20,000 bases of DNA from an uncultured virus (IMG/VR IMGVR_UViG_3300027714_001912) (taxonomy: Duplodnaviria; Heunggongvirae; Uroviricota; Caudoviricetes), in the IMG/VR virus record IMGVR_UViG_3300027714_001912; one strand, 5' to 3'. Made by a program: the position numbers and the translations under genes. The notes beneath the pieces were generated by a model. The model did not search any database and had not been told where the DNA came from. It was given only the letters and a program-made list of their open reading frames with translations. The first letter of the stretch is position 1; each line of letters begins with the position of its first letter. This document shows positions 1 through 8,492 of this stretch, in pieces.

Positions 1-1
1 A

Positions 2-1012
2 CTACGCTATATTGATATCCGTATGGGGACGAAATGCCAGTTGGGGTGCGTTATGTGTAGCCCACATGACTCTTCAGGCTGGGTAAAAGATTGGAACAAA
101 CTATATCCACAAATTACAAATGAATCCTTAAAAGAAACTATGAATTGGGATGCTAAAGGTAAGACCTTTGGTGCAAACTATAACTGGCACAAAAACAACC
201 CAACGTTTTGGGATCAGTTTTATGCACAGATTCCTTATATCAGACAACTATACTTTGCTGGTGGTGAATCAACAGTTATTGAAGAACATTATTCAATCCT
301 ATCTAAAGTTATTGAGATGGGTTACGCACATCAAATTGAAGTGCGTTATAACAGTAATGGTATTGAACTACCAGATCGTTTGCTAGAGCTATGGACACAC
401 TTTGAAAAGGTACGTTTCCATTACAGTATTGACAGCATTGGTCCAATGAATGATTATATTCGTTATCCAAGTGAATGGTCACATCAGCTAGCAATGTTTG
501 AACGCCTAGATCAAAAGACAAGTAACAACGTAGAAATTACAATTGCGTGTGCAGTTAATGCACTTAACATTCATTACATTCCAGACTTCCTTAAATGGAA
601 ACTTCAGGATAGCGGACTTAAGAAAACAAATATGTGGCCTTTTGGAGCAGGTGGTATTAACTATCACTTTGTATACTGGCCCGGACATTTGAATGTTAAG
701 ATATTGCCAGATGAATTCCTAGACAAAACAGAAGCCAAGTATGAAGAATTTATTCAATGGTGGAAAGAGAATTGGGAGCTAGGTGTTCCAAGTTGGCATA
801 AGGGTAAAGTAGACTATCAGAAATGGGAAGATGCTAGTTATGGTATCAAACGTTTACGTGGTATGATTAGCTTTGCTCGTAGTGAAGATTGGACACGCCG
901 ACTACCCGAGTTTAGAGAGTATATAAACAAGTTAGATGAATTGCGTGGAACAGACTTCCGTGCAACATTCCCAGACATGGCTTACTTGCTTGATGAACCG
1001 GATGACACCTGA
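2..1012 (+). CDS. Radical SAM protein, 5'-partial (probable N-terminal-twitch radical SAM family); rSAM-1
   Basis: The frame is open from the window edge (LRYIDIRMGTK...), so ATG 23 is probably internal. Has CQLGCVMC (CxxxCxxC), YFAGGES, YNSNG, SIDSIG..NDYIRYPSEW and C-terminal LDELRGTDF, matching the paralogues below. Confidence 0.9.
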   Translation, partial: LRYIDIRMGTKCQLGCVMCSPHDSSGWVKDWNKLYPQITNESLKETMNWDAKGKTFGANYNWHKNNPTFWDQFYAQIPYIRQLYFAGGESTVIEEHYSILSKVIEMGYAHQIEVRYNSNGIELPDRLLELWTHFEKVRFHYSIDSIGPMNDYIRYPSEWSHQLAMFERLDQKTSNNVEITIACAVNALNIHYIPDFLKWKLQDSGLKKTNMWPFGAGGINYHFVYWPGHLNVKILPDEFLDKTEAKYEEFIQWWKENWELGVPSWHKGKVDYQKWEDASYGIKRLRGMISFARSEDWTRRLPEFREYINKLDELRGTDFRATFPDMAYLLDEPDDT

Positions 1013-1208
1013 GGTTCGTAAAGAGGCCCATCGACGTTTTTGGATGATCAAGGGCCACTTAGCCTGTAAGGATTGGGACGATGATGCATTATACAAAATG
1101 CACGAAAGTTACTTGAAGCGTTTATGGGGTAATGAAGAAGCATACCTTTGGGAAGAAGGTTTTGAAGAAGCATACTTTAAGTTAACAAATGAACAACCAT
1201 CAAACTAA
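1002..1208 (+). CDS. Small hypothetical protein (~68 aa), aromatic/acidic-rich
   Basis: Fills the gap between rSAM-1 and rSAM-2 and overlaps both. Start is more likely ATG 1002 or 993 than 936, which lies deep inside rSAM-1. Confidence 0.65.
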   Translation: MTPEVRKEAHRRFWMIKGHLACKDWDDDALYKMHESYLKRLWGNEEAYLWEEGFEEAYFKLTNEQPSN

Positions 1209-2400
1209 TACAGACACACATTGCACACTGCCTTGGAGTGGTGCGGCAGTTGATGCTGGTGGCAGGGTTGTACCTTGTTGTAGATGGATGGGACCACATG
1301 GTGACTTAGACAATGCTCCTAAAATAGCTAATGGATTAGAAAACGCAAGGAACAGTAAGTTCTTTGAAACAGTACGACAAAGTATGTTAGATGGAAAACG
1401 TATTAATGGATGTAAGAAATGTTGGGAAGAAGAAGATTTCTTTGGTCCTGAACATCAACAGCGTTGGTTACGTTTACAGCACAATCATAACATACAGGCA
1501 CTGTCAGTTAATGGAGTAGCAAACATGACTACCACTGCTCCTACAAAGCTACGGTACCTAGAAACAGGTATAAGCAACCTATGTAACTTTGCTTGTGTAA
1601 TGTGCAACTCTGCAACCAGCAGTACGATACACAATATAACAGTCAAAGGCAAAATGCCTAAGAGCTTCCATCAAAACAATAGCGTAATAGATTCAGACTT
1701 ATCAGAGCTACAATATTTAAAATTTGTAGGTGGTGAGCCCATGATGGAACGCAAGCATGATGAATTATTAGAAAAGGTTGTTGCATTAAACAATAACCCA
1801 ACATCACTAGAATTAGAGTACCATACTAATGCAAGTATATTTCCAAGCGAGCGTGTAACTACTGCATGGAAGAAAGTAAAATCAGTAAGGATTATATTTA
1901 GTTTAGACGGTGTGTATGAGAAATCTAAACTACAGCGTCCAGGTAGATACAAATGGCAAGATGTAGAAGATACAGTACATAAATATGTACAGCTAGCAGA
2001 CAAAGTTAATATTATATTCTCAAGCAATACAGTGTTGACAGCATTGAATGTTGGGCAAGTAATAGATATACTTGAATGGTTATACTCGAGAATAGGACAC
2101 AAACAACTTGGGTGGTTTAATGTACATAAACTGTTTAATGAAAGGTTTAAGTATATAGACCTACGTAATATAAGTCAAGAGAAGAAAACTATTATAAGAA
2201 AAGAGTTAACAGATTGGGCGGCAACAGGTCACCCAGCACTAGACACTCCGCTGAAATCAGTGTATAATGAGACTATAGAAGCACTAGATACACCACCTAG
2301 TGGTACATTGACTCTTAGTAGAGAGTTAATATTAGAAAAGCATTTCCAAAATGATATATGGAAGTACTTCAAAGAAGAATTAAAGGACCTAGAAATATAA
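1189..2400 (+). CDS. N-terminal twitch-domain radical SAM protein; rSAM-2
   Basis: N-terminal CTLPW..GRVVPCC..GCKKC; core CNFACVMC, FVGGEP, YHTNAS, FSLDG. Confidence 0.9.
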   Translation: MNNHQTNTDTHCTLPWSGAAVDAGGRVVPCCRWMGPHGDLDNAPKIANGLENARNSKFFETVRQSMLDGKRINGCKKCWEEEDFFGPEHQQRWLRLQHNHNIQALSVNGVANMTTTAPTKLRYLETGISNLCNFACVMCNSATSSTIHNITVKGKMPKSFHQNNSVIDSDLSELQYLKFVGGEPMMERKHDELLEKVVALNNNPTSLELEYHTNASIFPSERVTTAWKKVKSVRIIFSLDGVYEKSKLQRPGRYKWQDVEDTVHKYVQLADKVNIIFSSNTVLTALNVGQVIDILEWLYSRIGHKQLGWFNVHKLFNERFKYIDLRNISQEKKTIIRKELTDWAATGHPALDTPLKSVYNETIEALDTPPSGTLTLSRELILEKHFQNDIWKYFKEELKDLEI

Positions 2401-2936
2401 TGAAATACATTTTAGTAGCTCTAAAAGCAGAATTGCCAGAGCATAATTTAGACCCTACATCATACAAAGTATGGTATACTGGTGTTGGTAAAGTAAATGC
2501 ATCTATATGGGCAACACTTGCATGCATACAAAAAGACTGTGAAGCAGTTATTAACTACGGAACAGCAGGTGCATTTAATAGTGAACTAGCAGAACAGTTA
2601 CTACACATTGGTACAGTAAAGCAACGTGACATGGATACAAGGCCACAAGCAGAACTAGGTGTTACTCCGTTTGAAGACAGTGGATTTGAAGGTGACATTA
2701 AACTTAGTAATAGTGCATATACATGTAGCACTGGTGATAACTTTGTAACAGAGGTTCCAGAATTAGAAAGTGATTGTGTTGATATGGAAGCATATGCAAT
2801 TGCTAAAGTATGTAAGCACTTCCAAAAGAATTGCATAGTTTACAAATATATTAGTGACCTAGCAGATTCAGATGCTGCGGCAACGTGGGTAGAGAATCAA
2901 CACAAAGGAGCAGATGCTTTTATAGCAATGACCTAG
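2400..2936 (+). CDS. MTA/SAH nucleosidase-like protein (MtnN/Pfs-like, purine/uridine phosphorylase fold)
   Basis: Motifs ALKAE, TGVGKVNA, NYGTAG, STGDNF, VDMEAYAIA, YISD. Start placed at the TAATG overlap (ATG 2400). Confidence 0.85.
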   Translation: MKYILVALKAELPEHNLDPTSYKVWYTGVGKVNASIWATLACIQKDCEAVINYGTAGAFNSELAEQLLHIGTVKQRDMDTRPQAELGVTPFEDSGFEGDIKLSNSAYTCSTGDNFVTEVPELESDCVDMEAYAIAKVCKHFQKNCIVYKYISDLADSDAAATWVENQHKGADAFIAMT

Positions 2937-2937
2937 T

Positions 2938-4194
2938 ATGAGTGGATTTTGTTCATTACCTTTTGTACAGTACAGCACATATAACGGAGGCCGTTATAGA
3001 CTTTGTTGTATGGCTAAAGAACCAACTACACTTGTTAACCAAGAAGAGTTGGGTATTAATGGTACATGGAATCACGACTATATTAAAGATGTAAGACGTA
3101 GAATGACTGCCGGTGAGAAGTTATCCGAGTGCAGTGAATGCCATCACTTAGAACGTAATGGAATAATGAGTTCACGTCAATGGGAAAACAAAGTATGGGC
3201 AGATGTAATTGATGGAATCGTAGCAGACGCAAGTGCTAATGATTGGGAAGTTGATCAGCCATTACAGTTTGACTTTAGATTAGGAAACCTATGTAACCTA
3301 CAGTGTCAGATGTGTAACAAAGAAGCATCACACTTGGTAAGCGTAGAACGTGCGGCAATGATTAAACGTGGACTAGGAGCTGACCACCCAGATTGGGAAG
3401 GACAGATTGCAAGCAAGAAAGAAGCACTTCTGCAACCTGGAATTGATTGGGTAGACTTTAAAGCCATGTTACCATATGCTCGTAAGATAAAACTAATAGG
3501 TGGCGAACCTACAGTAGCAACAGATATGTTTAAGCTACTAGATATTGCAACAGAAAGCGGACACGCAGAACACATTGAATTAAGCTTCTACACAAATATT
3601 ACAAACATGCAAGACAAGTGGCTAGCTCAGTTAGCTAAGTTTGAGAAAGTCATTGTTAACTGTTCACTAGAAGGAATGGGCGACATGAATGACTATTTGC
3701 GTCCACCTAGTAAATGGGCTAGTGTGTGGAAGAACTTTGATAAATTAGTACAGTTTGCTGATACTAAACCGGGTAAGCGTATTAAGGTACGGGTTACTAC
3801 AGTAAACCAAATGACTAATGCATTGCACATAGTTCCTTTTTGGAAGTTTATGCATGATTACCAGATGACTAGTAATAGAGGCATTGGAATGAGTACCAAT
3901 CAGCTAGTGGAGCCTGCTTACTACAGCATGGCACATGCACCTGAATGGTTGAAAGAACAACAACGTGAACAGATTTTGGAATTTCTTAAGTCCATTGACA
4001 ACAGCCCTCACTTTGAGCAATATGAAGAACCACTCATGGAAGTGGTTAACTTTAGTCTTGATAGTGAGCACAAGTTTGATGCTAACATCATGCAACAATA
4101 TGTCAAGGTCACCGAAAACTACGACAGATTCAGAGGACACATGGTTACCAAAGTGTCTCCCGAATTTGAACGAATTAAAAAAGACTCCGAGTGA
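2938..4194 (+). CDS. N-terminal twitch-domain radical SAM protein; rSAM-3
   Basis: FCSLPF..YRLCC..ECSEC; core LGNLCNLQCQMC, IGGEP, YTN, SLEG..NDYLRPPSKW, C-terminal YDRFRG..PEF. Confidence 0.9.
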   Translation: MSGFCSLPFVQYSTYNGGRYRLCCMAKEPTTLVNQEELGINGTWNHDYIKDVRRRMTAGEKLSECSECHHLERNGIMSSRQWENKVWADVIDGIVADASANDWEVDQPLQFDFRLGNLCNLQCQMCNKEASHLVSVERAAMIKRGLGADHPDWEGQIASKKEALLQPGIDWVDFKAMLPYARKIKLIGGEPTVATDMFKLLDIATESGHAEHIELSFYTNITNMQDKWLAQLAKFEKVIVNCSLEGMGDMNDYLRPPSKWASVWKNFDKLVQFADTKPGKRIKVRVTTVNQMTNALHIVPFWKFMHDYQMTSNRGIGMSTNQLVEPAYYSMAHAPEWLKEQQREQILEFLKSIDNSPHFEQYEEPLMEVVNFSLDSEHKFDANIMQQYVKVTENYDRFRGHMVTKVSPEFERIKKDSE

Positions 4195-4230
4195 TTACTC
4201 TTGGACATGTAAATGGAGAGTTAGATTCTA

Positions 4231-5439
4231 ATGAACTTTGGTTTTAAAAGTTATAACAGTTGGGACCCACTAAAGAAAGTATTGTTGGGTAGTACACTAC
4301 CTGAGGGCTTCTTTGCAGATTTCCCAGACCCTAAAGTAGCAGATGCTATGACTACAGTTAACGAGGAAACTCGTGAAGACTTAAACAACTTGCAATCAGT
4401 ATTTGAGAGCAAGGGCATTGAAGTACATAGGATGCCAGAAGCATGTGTATTAAAGAATAGAAGGTTTAACAGTGTAGCTGAATTTATAGATATGCATGGA
4501 TATATTCCTAAACCTTTTAATGCACCAAGAGATGACCAAATCATTTTTGGAGAGCATATGATTACAGGAACATCAAATCCTGTACATAGAATATTCCATG
4601 GTACTAGAGAAGATACATTTAACATATTTGATAAAAAAGCACCCTGGGCAGGCTGTGATGATTTAATTGATATTGCAGATCCCAATCAAGAACTAAACAT
4701 AATTGAAGCAGTTGGCAAACCTAACTTTACAATGAGTTGGCCTAGTATTATGAGAGCAGGCAAGGACATTATAATTGATATACATGATTTTAATGGACCT
4801 ACTAGACAGCTAGCTGAAAACTGGGTAGACCGTTTTAATGAGAAGTTTGGTTATAAGTTTAGAATTAATACAACTACAATGGGTGGACACACTGACGCAG
4901 TAATGGCACTTGTTAAACCTGGGCTTATAATAAGTCATGTTAATGTAAACAAGTATGAAGAAACATTTCCAGGTTGGGATGTAATTAAAATAGATAGAAC
5001 ACACAACGATCATACAGTAGCTTGGAACGAATTCCGTATCTCAGAAAAAGATAAATGGAGAGGTAACAAACTAAATCCAGTAGCAGATTATTGGATTGCA
5101 GGACAAGAACACAACGTAGCATTGAATAAATTTATTGACTTATACATGCACCCTAGCGTTGGCAGTTGTTTTGAAACAAACTTTGATGTAAACTGTGTAA
5201 GCATAGACGCTAATACAGTAGTTGCAAGTGGACCTAGTAAAGTGTTAGAAGATAAGCTAGGCAAGCACAACGTAGATGTAATTACGTCTAACATGAGGCA
5301 CAGATTCTTTTGGGATGGTGGCTTACATTGTGCTACAGTTGATTTATACCGTGAAGGCGAGATGGAAGATTACTTTCCTGAACGCAGTGCAGGAGTTGAT
5401 TTTGGTAAAGTGTGGGGCAATAACGAAACACGCCGGTAA
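4231..5439 (+). CDS. Amidinotransferase-fold protein (glycine / inosamine-phosphate amidinotransferase-like, pentein superfamily), copy A
   Basis: SYNSWDPLKKVLLG (cf. AGAT SYNEWDPLEEVIVG), PRD, RAGKDI, GHTD, DVNCVSID, GGLHCATVDLYREG with the nucleophile Cys. Confidence 0.85.
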   Translation: MNFGFKSYNSWDPLKKVLLGSTLPEGFFADFPDPKVADAMTTVNEETREDLNNLQSVFESKGIEVHRMPEACVLKNRRFNSVAEFIDMHGYIPKPFNAPRDDQIIFGEHMITGTSNPVHRIFHGTREDTFNIFDKKAPWAGCDDLIDIADPNQELNIIEAVGKPNFTMSWPSIMRAGKDIIIDIHDFNGPTRQLAENWVDRFNEKFGYKFRINTTTMGGHTDAVMALVKPGLIISHVNVNKYEETFPGWDVIKIDRTHNDHTVAWNEFRISEKDKWRGNKLNPVADYWIAGQEHNVALNKFIDLYMHPSVGSCFETNFDVNCVSIDANTVVASGPSKVLEDKLGKHNVDVITSNMRHRFFWDGGLHCATVDLYREGEMEDYFPERSAGVDFGKVWGNNETRR

Positions 5440-5447
5440 ATTAATTG

Positions 5448-5455
5448 CATAAATA
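5448..5455 (+). promoter_or_regulatory. Putative T4-like late promoter (CATAAATA)
   Basis: One mismatch from T4 TATAAATA. Lies in the largest intergenic gap (5440-5486), upstream of an AAAGGA RBS and ATG 5487. Confidence 0.45.
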
Positions 5456-5486
5456 TAATTATCAACGCATATAATAAAGGAAAACA

Positions 5487-6365
5487 ATGACTCGCATAGC
5501 TAAAGATATTACAGCAGGCAAGGACTTCATAGTCCATGTATTCGATGCATCTGAAGTTGACGTCAACGACAATTATAGATTATACGAAGCGTTTGAAAGT
5601 GGATGGCCTGTAGTTATTAAGAACTATAAAATAGAAGGACTTGATTACGATTACTATGATAATTTACCAGACTGGAATATTACAGATAACAAATGGGTAA
5701 TGCCCTGGTACAATAGTCATATTAAGGCTCGTGACAGACTACGTAACGAGCGTGACTGGAGTGAAGATGAAATAGATTTGTTCCATAAAAAGCACAAACA
5801 ATCAAACAAGGCATGGACTGATAGTTTCGATAATATGTTTCCACAGTATAACACGACTGAGAAAATGCTCAGTCACAGGTACAATACATTAGTAGAGAAC
5901 AAACTACACTTAGACGAGCTGGACGAACAGCATACTGGTAATGAACAGCAAATGCGTATGTTTGTACAGCTAGATAAAAAACGTCCTAGAGTATTATCAT
6001 TTGGTCCTGACTTGGAAAAAATGTACAATGATTACAAAGATGAGTTTAACTTGGGTGAGATTGACAAAAGCAATACACACAAATTTATAACTGAGATGCG
6101 TGATCGTTGTGTATGGAACGACAAGGCTTGGGACCAGTTTCATCACCCACTACATTACATAACGTTTGATCCAGGTGACATTTGGTTCTTTAATGCACAA
6201 TGGATTACACATCAAATTGTGTTTGGTACTAAGCTACAATGCTTTGAATGTGATATTCAAAACGATAGCTTACTACACCCAGAGTGGGCAATGAAGCAAA
6301 GAATACAAACTTTAGATAACAACGACAATTCAGCATGGGGCGGTACTACCGTCAGCATGGAATAA
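5487..6365 (+). CDS. Kdo-hydroxylase (KdoO)-like Fe(II)/2-oxoglutarate oxygenase
   Basis: HxD (LHLDE), then MRMFVQLD..RPRV and FDPGDIWFFNAQWITHQIVFG with the distal His. The motif order resembles KdoO-family LHVD..LRVFTN..PRVW..FPPGSTW....SH. Good RBS. Confidence 0.6.
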   Translation: MTRIAKDITAGKDFIVHVFDASEVDVNDNYRLYEAFESGWPVVIKNYKIEGLDYDYYDNLPDWNITDNKWVMPWYNSHIKARDRLRNERDWSEDEIDLFHKKHKQSNKAWTDSFDNMFPQYNTTEKMLSHRYNTLVENKLHLDELDEQHTGNEQQMRMFVQLDKKRPRVLSFGPDLEKMYNDYKDEFNLGEIDKSNTHKFITEMRDRCVWNDKAWDQFHHPLHYITFDPGDIWFFNAQWITHQIVFGTKLQCFECDIQNDSLLHPEWAMKQRIQTLDNNDNSAWGGTTVSME

Positions 6366-6377
6366 CAAGGAATAATA

Positions 6378-7445
6378 ATGAATAAACCAGTAAACGCATG
6401 GAGCGAGTTTCAACCATTACGAAAAGTAATGCTTGGTGCTCCATTTCCACCTGAAACATTTGATTGGCATAAGGACGAAGAAACTCGTCGTGTAATGCGA
6501 CAGATTTTTGAAGAAACAGCAGAGGACATAGAAGTGCTGTCGGGGATATTAAAGGACAAAGGCATCGAAGTGGTGCGTCCTAAGAATATATTTACAATCA
6601 CAGGTGAAGAGCAGATTCAATTACCTTGGATGCATTGCGGATTTCCAAATCATCCGTTAATGCCTAGGGATACGTTAATGCCTTATGGCAATACAATATT
6701 TGAACTGTTTACAGGTAGCGATAATCGCTACTTTGAGAATCTGGCCTACTACGATCATTGTTCGCAATGGTTTAGAGAAGGTGCAGGTTGGGTTAGTATG
6801 CCAGGAGTACTAGTAGAAAGTGGTAAGAAGTACGACCACTTTGTTAAAAACAATCGAGTACTATATCATGCGGCTAACATGATTAAGTGCGGAAGTCACG
6901 TTTTGTTTAGCCAACCCTATGAGGGAGACAACAAACGTGGCAGAGGTACGGAGCTGGGCCGTGAATGGATTCAACGTGAAATAAAGTTGCGATATCCTAA
7001 TACCAAATTTTTGGACATTCCAGTAGGAGGACATATCGATGGCAAAATAGCACTACTAAAACCTGGCGTACTAATGACTTGGAATAAGAACTGGGTTCCA
7101 GAAGAAATGAAACACTGGCACATTATAGAAGTGGCTGATGAATTTGATATGCCACAGGATTTTCAACAAACTCGTAAACAACGTTTCCATAAAGATTATG
7201 TAAGCAAGTGGCTTAGTCATTGGGTAGGTTGCCCAGACGAAAGTGTGTTTGACGTAAACGTATTATCACTAGATGAAAATACAGTTATATGCACAGGTAA
7301 AAATGAGGCCGCTTTTGCTGAGATGGAAGCACATGGTATCGAACCAATTTACTGGAACTTTAGACACCAGTATTTTTGGGACGGTGGCATACATTGTTTA
7401 ACAAGTGATATTGTTCGAGAAGGCGAGTGTGAGGACTATATCTAA
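6378..7445 (+). CDS. Amidinotransferase-fold protein, copy B
   Basis: NAWSEFQPLRKVMLG, MPRD, RYFE, GRGTELGREW, GHIDG, DVNVLSLDE, GGIHCLTSDIVREG. AGGA RBS at 6368-6371. Confidence 0.88.
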   Translation: MNKPVNAWSEFQPLRKVMLGAPFPPETFDWHKDEETRRVMRQIFEETAEDIEVLSGILKDKGIEVVRPKNIFTITGEEQIQLPWMHCGFPNHPLMPRDTLMPYGNTIFELFTGSDNRYFENLAYYDHCSQWFREGAGWVSMPGVLVESGKKYDHFVKNNRVLYHAANMIKCGSHVLFSQPYEGDNKRGRGTELGREWIQREIKLRYPNTKFLDIPVGGHIDGKIALLKPGVLMTWNKNWVPEEMKHWHIIEVADEFDMPQDFQQTRKQRFHKDYVSKWLSHWVGCPDESVFDVNVLSLDENTVICTGKNEAAFAEMEAHGIEPIYWNFRHQYFWDGGIHCLTSDIVREGECEDYI

Positions 7446-8492
7446 ATGCATTGGGCCAGACAAGTACATAATTTACAATTAGATATTTCTAGTCATTGTA
7501 ATGCGGCTTGTGGTGCTTGTGTACGAAATAAAGATGGAGGAATAACAGAACCTCAACTAAGTCTAGATAATTTTGATGTTGCGTTATGGAAGCGTTTAGC
7601 ATCAGAAGACACACGTGGCTGGTATGTAACTAAATTAACATTGAATGGTAATTGGGGTGATCCAATGATGCATCCAGATTTGATTGAGATGTTAGAAATA
7701 TGGAATTATCATCACCCAGAATCTTCGTTGTTTATTGCAACAAATGGAAGTATGCGAAGCAAACAGTTTTGGTTAGATCTTGCTAGAGTTTCTAGACAGT
7801 TTCCAAATTCTAAAGTTGACTTTGCAGTTGATGGGTTAGCGGATACACATCATTTATATAGAAGAAAAACTATATTCTCTAAGCTAATAGAAAACATAAA
7901 ACATTTTACAAGTGCCCAAGGCAATGCATGTATGATGATGACTGTGTTCAAACATAATCAACATCAAATTGAAGATGTAAGAGCATTAGCCGAAGAAACA
8001 AAGTGTAGGACATTTGTAGCAAGACGCAGTCACAGTGACGACATGCACATTAAAACTGATACTGAAGACTACACAATGTATGCTGGAGATACTAAGCAGT
8101 ACAAGCAACAAACAAGATTTGATCAAGGTTGGAACAATAGTGATATCCGTGATGCTAGTGTGTATGGTCAAATTAACGAGCAATTTGATACACTATATGA
8201 ATTTGCAGAGGATAGCAAGTGTCCTTGGTATAAGGATCAAGAAATACAAATAGACCCTTGGGGTGTTGTATGGCCTTGTTGTCATATAAGTCTACTAGGC
8301 GTAGATTTGGATAAACATACATTGACAGATTCAGCAGATAATAGTATAATAGAAGCTAGGAAGTCTAATAACTTGCACAACTATAGTCTGACTGAAGTAC
8401 TATATAACGAATGGTTCTCAACTACTGTACCGAATGCAGTAGAGAATGCATCGTGGCAGATATGTAGAAATAATTGCGGAGTATGTAAATAA
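7446..8492 (+). CDS. Radical SAM protein with C-terminal SPASM/twitch domain; rSAM-4
   Basis: N-terminal CNAACGAC, GNWGDP (GGEP equivalent), ATNGS, FAVDG..HHLYR; C-terminal CPW..IDPWGVVWPCC..CRNNC. Confidence 0.88.
   Translation: MHWARQVHNLQLDISSHCNAACGACVRNKDGGITEPQLSLDNFDVALWKRLASEDTRGWYVTKLTLNGNWGDPMMHPDLIEMLEIWNYHHPESSLFIATNGSMRSKQFWLDLARVSRQFPNSKVDFAVDGLADTHHLYRRKTIFSKLIENIKHFTSAQGNACMMMTVFKHNQHQIEDVRALAEETKCRTFVARRSHSDDMHIKTDTEDYTMYAGDTKQYKQQTRFDQGWNNSDIRDASVYGQINEQFDTLYEFAEDSKCPWYKDQEIQIDPWGVVWPCCHISLLGVDLDKHTLTDSADNSIIEARKSNNLHNYSLTEVLYNEWFSTTVPNAVENASWQICRNNCGVCK

Noticed and set aside
4231..7445. Arginine deiminase pathway, creatine or cyanotoxin biosynthesis interpretation of the pentein genes
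   Set aside because: No ornithine carbamoyltransferase, carbamate kinase, recognisable guanidinoacetate methyltransferase or PKS/NRPS genes in the window, and the catalytic Asp position appears divergent.
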